NCBI GenBank assembly: GCA_022813965.1
Contig: JALDZS010000013.1
Location: 124,001-188,000, forward strand
Reading direction: 5' to 3'
From: Toensbergia leucococca
Taxonomy: Eukaryota
Length of the DNA stretch: 64,000 nt
Shown here piece by piece: positions 52,297 to 64,000 of this stretch. The position numbers and the translations under genes were made by a program. Positions within the stretch are counted from its first letter, which is position 1; each line of letters starts with the position of its first letter. The notes under the pieces were generated by a model that searched no databases, was not told the origin of the DNA, and saw only the letters and a list, made by a program, of their open reading frames with translations.

Positions 52297-53340
52297 GGAT
52301 GTGTATGTGGGGAGAGGATTTGAGGTTTTTTTAATCTAGGGTTGTTTTTGTGGGTCGGAATGGGTGAGGGGGAGGGGGGGGGGATTGTATCATCTGTTGG
52401 ACGGACGTCTTTGATAGGTTGGCGTTGTGTGCGTGTGATTGCTTTCATGAATATTGAGTCAAGAGACTGAGACGGTTTTGAGCGGCTTATTTTAGATTGA
52501 GTGAAAGGATCTTCTATTTTTTTTTTCACGGGCTTTTTGACTTTGGTTTTTTTTTGCAGGATATTTGTGTCCGTCGGAAGGGAAGATGTGAGAGAGACTT
52601 TTTAGGGCTTTTTTATTGTATTTTTTGAAATAGGGGGTAGGGGGTTTCTATTGAGGGCTGTTGTTTGAATCTGTTGAGTCATATTTATCAGTCAGAACTT
52701 AGTCTTTTGATGGTATGATGTGATGTGATACTTTTAAAGATTTGAATTAAGCTGAGAGAGCAAAAGGGCATATTGGTTTTTCTAAAATTACAAGTGATTT
52801 AGTAATAATCTATCAATATAATCATGTAACTTTCTATTTCTAACTTTTTTTTTAAAAAAAAAAAATAAAACAACTACAAGTATTTCAAGGGATTATTTAT
52901 AAAAAAAAGGAAAAATAAACACTTGAAGAAATTGGTATAAAAACAATCAAGAATAAGAGATTTACTCGTTACAAAGGTGAGAAGAGTCGCATTCAAACAA
53001 TCATGAATGAGGAATATCAGACACACTTCATTATATTTGATTAATTCAAACTTTCTAATACCTATGGGTTTGAACTCCGTTCATGTGCGCCATTGAGAGT
53101 ACCCTTTTAATCCAGGCGGTCGGGGTTCTTCGACCGACCTTGTTTCTGTTGCAAATGAAGGAATACCAACAAATCTACTTCGTTGTACTGTTGGGTGTAT
53201 AACCAGCCGGCATTTCCTGTTGCGGAGATTGAATTGAGTGACGGCCTTACGCGTTTTGCTCATATTGCGGAGGCGCATCGACGAAAGTGAAAAGGTATGT
53301 TCCGATTCAACAGCGCTGTATCTAGGTAGTTGAGTCCTAT

Positions 53341-54138
53341 TTACTTCGTTTGATGAAACCAAACCTGTCCTATCTCACCGGCGACGTCCGTGTTTGCTTG
53401 AGCCTGGGCCCTCTTGGCCCTCCACGCCTTGAAGAGAGCGCATGGACTTCTTTGCGTAATTCTCCAGTGTCGAAAGCTGTCTAAGAAGTCGGCGCATTTT
53501 GCCCACCCCTCTCTTGCGACCGTTACCACTCTCCAATCCTTGCAAGCTTCAGAACCCCTGGCGATGACGATAAAGGGAAGAGCCAAGACGACAATCAGTG
53601 GCAAGCAGAGGATAGAAACCTCGTACATTATTACCTCCTCCCAGAGATCTTCATCCAAATCGGTGTCTGAAGGTAGTTTGGTGAAGGCCCTGAAGGTGTT
53701 GATCCAGCATACTACCGAAACCAGAAAAGTATTTCCGTCAACGAGAATGGTAATTACCCAAAGAAGTATTACGTCAGACGTGGCAGCAGAGCTTGGCGAG
53801 CAAACTTGTAGAAAGTACGCAAGGCAAAAATTGCTTGCAATCAGAATGACGTTGAAACACAAGCAGACAGTGGCGAGTATGAAAAGCTTCTCCAACGCAG
53901 TCAAGTACCCCAAGTCTTCTGCCGGCTGGATTATCCAGGATATCTCTCTCTTTCTGATAGCGATCCTCGAGATTGTGATGGAAAGTAATGCCATTGTGAG
54001 CCCATTGGTTGCCAGCATTATCCACCATAAATTGATTTCAGACGTAGTCGGGATGCTGCCGAGGAACAGTGCTTCTTGAAGACACTGCCCTTCCGAGATT
54101 GCGTTCGTGTTTGCAGCAGTCATATTGGTTGCGTTCAT
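53341..54138 (-). CDS. Hypothetical multi-pass membrane protein (265 aa)
   Basis: Uninterrupted ORF with about four hydrophobic segments and an AAGATG start context. No family recognised. Confidence 0.6.
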   Translation of the reverse strand: MNATNMTAANTNAISEGQCLQEALFLGSIPTTSEINLWWIMLATNGLTMALLSITISRIAIRKREISWIIQPAEDLGYLTALEKLFILATVCLCFNVILIASNFCLAYFLQVCSPSSAATSDVILLWVITILVDGNTFLVSVVCWINTFRAFTKLPSDTDLDEDLWEEVIMYEVSILCLPLIVVLALPFIVIARGSEACKDWRVVTVAREGWAKCADFLDSFRHWRITQRSPCALFKAWRAKRAQAQANTDVAGEIGQVWFHQTK

Positions 54139-55376
54139 CTTGAAGGTGGGGTTTGAGGATTGGAGAAGTACGAGTGGATTGGTGTTTGGCTAATAAGATG
54201 TGGGAGACGAGGGGATGTTCTGGTTATGGAGAGAACGAGGCTCACATGAAGAACACCTAAAGAAGGCTTACACATGTCCTTAACTTATCATGGATTCAAT
54301 CTGGGATTAGGGATTTTAATCTTAGTGGCAGGTGCGATACTCAGCGAATATCTGAATCCTTTTTAGTCCTAGCTGCGAAAAGGCCATAATTACCTATCTG
54401 CCCAGAGAAGCAGATGGTGGCCTCGAGCTAAACTGCGCTGAGCCTCACATCAGTATCGGCTCAAGGTCTTGAAACACATCATGTCACGTCTTGGCTGGAA
54501 GTCATTATCAAAGCCATATCCAGAGATATACTGAGGTTGCGGGAAGAGTGAAAGTGGAGGGAAAGGATAAGAGGATAAGAGGATAAGAAAATTCGAGGTA
54601 TCCGTAGAATCCTCGAATGAGGAGATTTTCGGTTTTTCGGACTCGGCACGGTATAACATATATTCCGGTGTCCTAGCCGGATCATCTTTGATCTTACTCG
54701 TGACTCGGTAGCGGGGCTTTAGTTTTACCTACTCCGTACTCCGTACCGTACCGCCACTCCCGCCCCACTTAAACTTTCCCATTCCCTTCCTCCTTTCTAA
54801 ATCAATTAGTGCAACATGCAACATGCAACATTCCCAATCATCTCACTGCAACATGCATTGGGATACTCTAGACCGATCTCGATTGAGTTCGCATCCTATC
54901 TATTGCTCTACTTGTCCAGCTGCCAAGAGATCCACACCCTGATGGACCCATTACCCCAGGGCCCATGTACCTTAGCGCTCTGCTTAAATCAAGAGACTGT
55001 AGAGATCGAAAATCCCTTTTGCCAGCTTCCGACGATAAGACGACGCACTCAATCCATATGGCGTCATTCAGAGACATGGCCACATTCTAGACTCTCAAAT
55101 TGCTCTCTAAAGAGATTGACTGGATAAAAGTCGACGATGAAAAGTCGACGACTGAGCGACCTGTGCAGGGGAAAATGCAAGTACGAAGCACGAGATGGTA
55201 CTACCCTCCCAAAAAAGGCCAGCTCAAGTAGTATTGATGACGACGAAAGTCATTCTTCTCAAAATAATAAGTCCCACTCGTAGCCTTTGACACTGTTCCT
55301 ATGTCAAATCTGCCTACCATTGGTGTACCTTGTCTCGTCCAATCTAGCATTGACCGTTCAACTGCCATCACTATTC

Positions 55377-56898
55377 ATGAACGACTTTGGAAATCCGTCG
55401 AGAATGCTGCACGAACCCTCGGCCCATGCCTGGCAGAAGGAAGCCAAGATTTTGGCCAGTTCGTCCTGGCCACTGGTTGTGGCCTTTGTGTTACAATACT
55501 CACTGCCCGTCGCTAGCCTCTTCGCCATTGGCCATCTAGGTACAATAGAGCTGGGTGCAGTGAGCCTTGGAACCATGACCGCCAACATCACCGGCTACGC
55601 TGTTTATCAGGGTCTGGCCACGAGCCTCGACACCCTTTGCGCTCAAGCTTATGGCTCGGGCCACGAGAAACTTGTGGGCTTGCATCTACAGAGGATGGTC
55701 TGCTTACTCTGGGCAATGACAATTCCTATTGGCATCGTCTGGCTCTGTAGTGATCACATTCTCGGCGCCATTGTACCAGAGAAAGAGACGGCCAGGCTTG
55801 CGTCGTTGTATTTGAAGATTCTCTTGATTGGAGCTCCTGGATGGTCCGCCTTCGAAGCTGGGAAACGATTTGTACAGGCCCAGGGTATATTCACGGCCAA
55901 TCTTTACGTTCTTCTAGTTCTAGCACCCCTCAATGCCTTCCTACACTGGCTCTTTGTCTGGCACTTTCATTGGGGGTTTATTGGTGCACCAATTGCAGTC
56001 GCTGTGACTGACGTACTCCTTCCAGTGGGTCTGGTCCTCTATGTCCGGTTTGTTGATGGTAGCAAATGCTGGGGAGGCTTCTCTGGCGATATTCTCAAGA
56101 ACTGGGGCCCGATGATCAAACTCGCGTTACCAGGCTTCCTTATGATTGAGGCTGAATGGCTTGCCTTTGAGATACTTACGCTGAGCGCTAGTTGGCTCAG
56201 CTCAACCCATCTGGCGGCACAGAGTATCTTAATAACTGTAGCTACATTAATCTCCCAGATACCTATTTCCGTGAGCATTGCGGCTTCTACGCGGGTTGCC
56301 AACCTGATCGGAGCGTCCCTCGCATCAAATGCGAGGTTTTCAGCGAAAATAGCGCTCGCAGGAACCATGTCACTCGCTGTGTTCAATGCCATCATGTTTC
56401 TTGCACTGAGCCATTACATACCGCGGCTTTTCACGGATGATGAAGAGGTGATCAGCTTGGTTGCAAGGACGCTTCCTCTGAACGCTGCGTTTCAGTTGAC
56501 TGACGCGCTTGCAAGCATGTGTAATGGGATCTTGAGAGGCATCGGACGTCAAGAGATAGGTGGGTACATCGCTTTGGGGGTTTTTTACCTGGTAAGACTA
56601 TATTTCCTTGAAGATGTGCAAGCTCAAGTTGCTGGAATGGCTTAGGTTGGACTACCAATATCTTTCGGCACTGGATTCGGACTGCACTGGGGTCTCCTAG
56701 GGCTTTGGGCGGGTCCTGCGTTTGCACTAACACTGTGAGTACTAATTATGAATAGCGGCAACACTGTGCGCGCTGATTTCTCACAGAATTGCAATCGTCG
56801 AAGGGCTATACCTCTACAAGACTAGCTGGGATCGAGCTGTGGAAGAAGCTAAGAGCAGGACGTTGCTTGAGGGTGAACGGCAACCTCTCCTGCCGTAG
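55377..56898 (+). CDS. MATE-family multidrug/solute antiporter; true 5' end uncertain
   Basis: GHLGTIELGAVSL, GLATSLDTLCAQAYGSG, GKRFVQAQG, EWLAFEIL, STRVANLIG and GILRGIGRQ. Downstream exons 56646-56734 and 56787-56898. Upstream exon(s) from ~54942 are possible but unresolved. Confidence 0.9.
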
Positions 56899-57522
56899 GT
56901 CATCTGGTGGTACTTGCGCTGTGGCTGAAGCATCTCCTGCTGTGATAGACTTTGCCTTTGCTGTAATAGACATTGCCTTTGCTGTGATGTGAGAGACTAT
57001 CTATATAGAACAAAGCTGAATAACGAGAGGAGTGTGAAAGTGCTTGATTATTCAGCGTCATGTAAAAAGAAAGAAGGGTTTGTGTATTTTTTCATGTGCT
57101 TTTGCCTGTAGTAGTAGTAGTCTCTTGATTATATAATTGTGTGAATAAGGTACATGAATGCATTTTTTGAGAGCAGTGTAATGAGTAGACTTAGATACAT
57201 GCATTAAAATGAGTGCCTTTTTGACAAAAGAGAAGAGAGGGAGTGAGTGAGGAACATATACACTGACGGGTGTGAAGAACTAATCTTTGAAAATTTAGAA
57301 TTTTGAGATTTGAGATTTGAGAATTGGAAATTTTTAGTACTACATTCAAAGCCCCTGGCTCAGCTCAGGGGAATTGATTGAACAAAAAGAGAGGGGAAAA
57401 AAACACCAATTGAAAAAAAAGTATCCAAGTCTCATAAGAAGAATGAAAAATCGAAAATCCATCCAAGCTCACAAAATCGCTCATCCTCTCCACCCCCCAA
57501 AAAAAACCCCCTAGCCAAAACT

Positions 57523-59528
57523 TCACATCCGATGCACCTTACTCCCCCGACTCCAATACCGAAACCGCTTCCCGCAAAACCAAAACACGATCCCAAAAAG
57601 ACACCACAGCGTAATGAGGCTCATGTTCGTCATGATGGGCGGCACGTAACCCTTGGCGATGATCCAGGGCGTGATGAATTTGGAGAAGCCGTAGCCCCAG
57701 ACGTTTTTGTTGACGGTGATGCTGACGAAGATGGAGCCGCTGACGGGCTTGTAGCTGTCGACGGCGTAGGTGGAGGCGATGGCGGGGAGGGCAGCTACTT
57801 GGATGCCGGCGCAGGTGAAGCCGATGATTACAATTGTCTGGGTTTTTGCGCGTTGTTAGTTATGGGTTTAAGGAAAGGGGGATTGGAGGGAAGGGGACCG
57901 ACCTTCCAGTTCCAGGCCTGTTGGTAGCCGAAGGCGACGATGAAGTTGCCAATTATCATTATTATGACGTAGGGGATCATAGTCGGTAGTCTCATTTCTG
58001 GCTCTCTGATCCCCTTGTTTTTTCGAGTCAAGCGCATACTGATCCAGTCACTCAACGGCCCGGCCGTGACCAATCCTATCAGTGCGCCCACCAGGATTGC
58101 AAAGTTGAAAAAGCCAATCTTTTCCGAAGAGAAGTTGTAGGGGGGCGCACCGAAGGCTTGCGATTGTGTAAGGTTGAGAGTGAGAAAGGAAGAGGCACTC
58201 CATGACACGACGAAAGAGGCGAATTCGACGATTGGGAACGCAAAGAGTTTCCATGGTGTCCAGAGATCCATGGCGATACTCTTGAAAGGGTGGGCGTTGG
58301 GTTGATAAAATTTGAACTGCTGTTTACTGGGTGTGCCTTTACCTAAATATGGGTCTCGCGCTGAGGTTGTCGTTTGGGAGAGCTGGACCATCTCCCCTGA
58401 GGGGCTTGATTTTTCGACATCGACGCGCTCGATGGTGTCAATTGCCACTCGTTCCTTTGATGAGGGTTCGGATGAGTTCAATCCAGTATCGTGTAATTCA
58501 TCTGGGTGGACCCGATGCCATTTGGTTTCTGGGAAGCCAAAGAGTACCATGAGAAAGGTTGTACCGATAATGGCAGTGTTGAGCCACCAAAAGTTACGCC
58601 AGCCACTGTACTGAGCCATTGGGCCTGCGATTATAGGGCCGACCTTCGCTGATTTAGTAAGGTTCAATGAAGAATCGGAGCATGCGTACCATGAGAGACC
58701 CGAAATAGAAGACGAAATATAGAGTGTTATAGGCTCCTCTTTCGTGCAAGAACATGACATCTGCTATAACGCTCGGTTGAATGGTCTGAAAGCAAGTACG
58801 GTTAGGCGTTTATGCGGAGCAATGGTTCATGCAGACGACTCGCCTCAGCAGGACCAGCGCCTATGCCATTGAGCACACAAGCACCCATAAAGCTTGAATA
58901 GGTCTGTGCTTTGGCCCTCCAGATAGAACTGGCAAAGCAGACAAGCAATGAGATAAGGTACACAGGCCTACGTCCGAAGGAAGTGCTAATGGGAACCCTG
59001 TCACTCGAGTAAACGAACTGTTCCTGAAATGGCAGGGAAATAAGCGAGACGTACCAGATGAAGTTACTGAAGCCCAAGACCAATATGGCGATGCCAGTGA
59101 ATTGTACCACGTCAGTCAGGTTGGAATCAAAGGCCTCGATTAGCTGTGGAAACATGGGGGCCAAGGCCAGAGGGCCCATTCCTTGGCAGAAGGAAACGGC
59201 TGTCGCGCAAGTCATGGTGGACAACTTCCAGAACTTGTTCCAATTCTACACATTATTAGCCAGCGTTCGTACTACGAGATAGAGAAACATACCAGTGGAT
59301 CATGGGGATCATCCGAAGGCTGTGGCACCAGTACTCGATCTGATTGGGCCGAAGACTTGACGAAATGATGGCTGCCCACATCGACCATGACCTCGGTACC
59401 TGGTAAGATCTGAACATTGAGCTCCTGCTCTAGCTGGTGTAACGTCTGACGAGGTCATTAGCTATAATTCATTGTAGAATAACAACAGAGCAGCAAAGGC
59501 ACACATTTTCGTCATAGTTCATCTCCAT
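57523..59528 (-). CDS. MFS transporter (HOL1-like / DHA1-type), multi-exon
   Basis: ILPGTEVM, LVPQPSDDPHDPLNW (across an intron), FGRRPVYL, GWRNFWW, FPETKW and GIREPEMRL. Stop TGA at 57525-57523 after SKVHRM. Confidence 0.92.
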
Positions 59529-61204
59529 GACAGGCTAGAGAGTAGAAGTGTGGATGGGTAGGTAGAATCTATGGCACGCGAGGTGAACTGATTGTTGGTC
59601 ATGGAGATATGGGAGGTGGAATAAGAGGATTAAGAGGGGTTGATATACACGAGTTGATGTGATATCATGTCCCGAGCCCTAATCCGTAGGGTTAAATAGC
59701 ATGATTAGGTTCCGCAGCGAAAGCCATGATCTGCATTAGCCTCAGTGTGGGGTAGTCGGCAGCGAGCAGCGGCATTATTATAGCCCGCTTCCGCCTATTC
59801 TATCCCATAGCCCTGATCCCTGCTTTGATCATGACTGTGATGGCGGTGATGAGGTAGGTAGGTATCAAATGAGATGACTTGGCTTCTCGTATCACTCAAT
59901 GTAGATGGGAAAGAACAGATCTATGACAAGGTAGGCTTGGCCATTGGCAACCAAGAACCCGGTGGGTATCTGATCCAGCGCCCTCGATTGTGTATCCACT
60001 GTGGCCATGTTTCAAATCCCATAAATGCAAATGGGTTGCTTGCTACCTAAGGTAATCTAGCAGATCTAGCGCCGGGAGTTGAAAGCTCTAGTCTACCTAG
60101 GTAGGTACTCCTCACCTTGTTTTCACTACTACCTATTGTCACCGCCTTCTCTCTTCTAAGTCTAACCGGCGGAGTAAGACTACTTATCAGCGTTCAAGTT
60201 CTTCTGACACCAAATATACCTCTCAGGACCTTGAGGTCATCACTCTAGCAGATATAATCTTCAGTATGCAAGCAATGGGCTCTCATCTACTCTAGGGTAG
60301 TAGATACAAACCATGCCTTGAGGTCACAGGAAAACCCTAGAACCGGGACATTCATAGACCCGCGAGAGTCACCAAGTGACTCGCGGGACTCCCGATGCCA
60401 TTCTCGATCGAGCGGTCATTGGCACTTACCTCGTCGACCAAGGAGCTATAGGTAGGAAGCCTTCCTCAGCCCCTCCATTGTAGGTATGACCAGCCTGAAT
60501 AAGTCATCGCGACGCTGCCATCTCCTATCCTTTAGGCCAGATCACGGCCACTTCAACGGTGACATTAATCATTTTTCTTTACCTTTATCTCATACCTGTC
60601 TTTTTCCTTTTACTTCAATTTTATACTACTTTATTACCTTCCCTCAAGCTTATGTATTGATCAAAATCATTGAATATTCTACTCACTGTATATGAAAAAA
60701 ACCGAGTTTCTATTAATTCTAATGAACTACTTGTTACAATTTAGATACCTATAACTTAATTACCTATCTCAGTAAAGCGCCTTGTGTACTTGTGAAGCAG
60801 AGCTGCTCATCAATCAATTTATGTGAATTCTTTTCTTCAGTATCTGAATCATAGAATGTTTATGACTGCTATGTAAGACACTTGCTGAAAGAGATAACTA
60901 AGTCATATCTGAATTGTATATGTATGTGTGTATCCCTTGAAATGTCCTTCTGCATGATTTACACAGTCTCAGAAATTAAAAAACTGAATATATTTTCATG
61001 TGTCTCACATATTTGACTCATCATTGTGTACTTGAGAGTCTTAGGGGAGTTTTTGCGTATGTAATATACTCTGAATCACATAGTCTTCAAAAACCTCACA
61101 TATCTAAATAGTCATTAAATTGCTGAATTAGATAACTTTGTCGTTTGACGATTCATGTATCAACATCGCATTGGATATGAGGGGGTGTCACCGCAGACTC
61201 TGCA

Positions 61205-64000
61205 TCATCTCAAGATTCTCAAGATACGTGCATACTCACTGGACTGTCCACTCAGCTTCTCAGCAACCTCAAGCGCCGCCTTACCATCCTCATTAAGGAT
61301 TGATGCATCAGCACCGGCCCGTAGCAAACTCGTCACGGTTCCAACATTTCCCACTTCCACAGCTAGGTGCAAGGCTGTATTCCCGTTTATCGCGCATTTG
61401 GCGTCCAGCACTCCACTCTCGGGCCATCTCAAGAGTAGCTCATGCATGATATCTGCATTGGTATCCATGTCGAAGTCTTCCTTCTTGACCTCGTCTCCCG
61501 AAACATTCTTGACGTCAAGATTTGCCATCGCGGCTCGATGTATAGCAGTGAGGTGGCGCACAGGCTCTACAACCAACCTGATCTCTTCAAGGCCAAGGAG
61601 GTATTTCAGACGAGCGGAGGAATAGCGGGCGTTGGAGATGATGGTATGGCCAAGCACAGTAAGTGGGTGAGGTGAGATGAAGAGACCGGCTGACAACGCA
61701 GTGGCATTTGGATCGGCGCCAAGGGAAAGAAGCGTGGAAGCAAGATGGAAAGCGTTGCGACGGATGGCGACTGCAAAAGGGCTCTCGCAAGGCAGCACAT
61801 CCGTCGTCTCTTCGTTTATTGACAGCGAGAACAGCGAGGATATCTCGTTGCTGGCTTCTGTTTGGTGAGTAGAATTTGTCGCCCCTTCCACAGGTACACC
61901 TCTACGAACCAAGTCGAGCACTAATGAAAGGTCCTTGGTGTGTCCTTCATTAGCAAAGACGTGGAGCGCTGACCAATTACACAGATGAGGCCGAAACGGG
62001 TTTGCTGACAGAGCATGGACATCGGCGCCATGGTCCACCAGCATCTGGAACATGGGTTGTCTGTTCCAACGTACAGCTTCCAGCACAGGCGTCCTACCAG
62101 CAGCACCGCATGGCAGATTGATAGTCTCGATACGCCACTCGTGGGTGAACATGTAATTGACAACTTCATCGTGCGCCTCTGAGACGGCAAAATGTAGTAA
62201 ACTTCCGACAAATTGGCTTTGGAAATTGATGAGTCTAGTCTTCTCGCGCAAAAGGTCGAGTGTCGCATGCAGGCGGTGCATGTAGTCAGCACCGTTCCGT
62301 AAGATCATTGAAAACTTATCAGCTGCGTGGACTGCGGCTTTCACAAGAGGTCCATATAGTAAAGCAAATCTCTTGTCCTTGTTGCCGTCAGACGTAGTCC
62401 GAGTGACTTTCCCTTCCAGATGTTCGATGATGATGCGTAGACATTCGTGATGATGATAGAATGCAGCCCATGCCATCGGGCTCTGAATTGCGCCTGGGTG
62501 ATAATCCGTAGGGTCAGGGTCAGCACCGTGCTCGAGCAGAGTTTTGACTATGACAGGTCTGTTGTGGTGGACGGCCCAGCTTAATGCCGTTCCTGGTAAT
62601 TGAAAATCAACGTCGATAGTACTTGGAAGCTCCGAGTGGCAGACCCTTTCATATGTCGTTGCATCTATACTAGCACCTTTTGCCAGTAGGTCTCTTGTCA
62701 ACGGCTCAATATATTGATCATCGAAGGATATCAGCCAATGTAGCGGTGTTTCGCCATTCTTTGCCGCCATTGAGGCATTTGCATTGTATTTCTGTAAGCA
62801 GTAAATAACGATCCCGCCGTGGCCCGATCGACACGCACACAACAAAGGTGTTTCCCCCAGCGGGTTCGAAATGTTGATATCCATATGAAAATTGACGACC
62901 AGGGAACGGAAGGGCTTCAATCTACCACAAGCAGCAACAAAGTGAAGAACAGTATCCCCCCTTTTGTTGATGATGAGTTCTGGAAGATTTGGGGAACTTT
63001 TGACCTGTTCCATAAGCCAGCCATCATTGATCCACTGGCTCTGTGTGAATCCACGAAGCATTTCACCGTTATCAAACCAAGTTGCACCCACTCCTCCCGT
63101 AACGTCGGTAATCCAGCGATGTACGCGTTCCATGCTCTCAACTGAACTGACCTTTCGAAGATCTTCGAACGCAGGTCTAGATCCCGCCTTGGCAAAAACC
63201 TCCAGATACTCTCTCCCTGGTGGCTCGGTTTGACTGCTCATAGTAGACTCATTTGGAGATTGCATTTTTGGTACGCTGTCATCATCACCATTCATGCAAG
63301 CGTTAAAAATTCTATACATGTATGCTTGAGCAAGAAGGGACTTAGCTGCTACTGCATGCTCCAGCGTTTCCAACGATTTAATGACACTCGTTGTACAGCC
63401 ATATCCGTTCAAGTAGAATGCACAGAGAGGGAAAAGTTGGGATGTTTCTGATCCGGTCAACGAATCAAAGACGAAATTTTGAATCGAAGGATCGAGACTT
63501 CGCATTTGCTGCCATGAAATCCAGCGATGCTATCGAGTTTAGCTACAACGCGTCTATACGGGTACCGTTTCGCACCTACTTTGTACCCTTTCAGTGTCCA
63601 CGAAGGCAGTATCGTGTTTGTTTCAGTCGCTTGAAGGGCTGTATTCTTTTCCGTAGACAAGTTCGATCTAAGCTTAATCTTAGGACAAGGTATCTTGTAC
63701 ATGAAGAAAAATTGTATACGATGGGAGTTTGAGATCTTACGTGCGTGGCACCAAATCTTTGGATTTATCAGGCTCGACGGTGCGTGTAAAATGCTTCACT
63801 TCACTACTGTGGTTTGTAATGGTCATCGTTATCTGGTTTTCACCATATTCGATCTGACAGCTTTCAGCGAAGTATGGCCACTCTTATAGTTGCCAACATA
63901 CATCTGAAGAGTTTCGAATGCCATGCTTATCACTACAATGATGTGAGGTTAGCAAGCATACAGTGCAGATGCCTAGCACTGATTCTGTGGGATAACTCAA
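61205..64000 (-). CDS. Ankyrin-repeat protein with a Sel1-like segment; 5' end outside the window
   Basis: The last exon 63529-61205 carries GDTVLHFVA, GETPLLCAC, GETPLHWL, GRTPVLEAV and GNTALHLAV. Small upstream exons (e.g. 63853-63741) splice in frame toward the window edge. Confidence 0.85.

Noticed and set aside
57301..57321. TTTGAGA x3 (also GGATAAGA x3 near 54563)
   Set aside because: Simple microsatellites, not telomeric and not a spacer array.
53341..59528. MATE + MFS + membrane protein as a secondary-metabolite cluster
   Set aside because: No PKS, NRPS, terpene synthase or tailoring enzyme in the window.
1..64000. rRNA, tRNA, snRNA or CRISPR arrays
   Set aside because: None recognised by eye. 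Small ncRNAs could be missed without covariance-model searches.

Overview
Eukaryotic DNA from a filamentous ascomycete (Pezizomycotina), inferred from short GT-AG introns with CTRAC branch sites and from the gene families present. Positions 1 to ~15.9 kb are a degenerate accessory block with no intact gene. It is a mosaic of short, stop-riddled fragments: a Zn-cluster-like motif, a DUF3669-like domain, a SNF2 helicase piece, two retrotransposon gag-like pieces and a retropepsin-like protease, plus a 351-bp solo LTR with a perfect 5-bp target-site duplication. Positions ~16 to 64 kb are gene-rich. They hold a GPI-type secreted protein, two orphan-like genes, a PTH11-like (rhodopsin-domain) membrane protein, a GH71 alpha-1,3-glucanase, an ABCA transporter, a small 4-TM MARVEL-like protein, SGT1, a head-to-head TRM61 / cysteinyl-tRNA synthetase pair, a large secreted multi-domain protein, a hypothetical membrane protein, MATE and MFS transporters, and the 3' part of a Sel1-like/ankyrin gene. 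The most interesting observations are three: a Kex2-flanked cationic amphipathic segment inside the large secreted protein; a strand-independent C-rich to G-rich switch ~100-220 nt before the stop codon of six genes; and a CpG-biased decay signature in the relics. Exon structures were derived by hand and family assignments are from motif recognition; no database searches were run.
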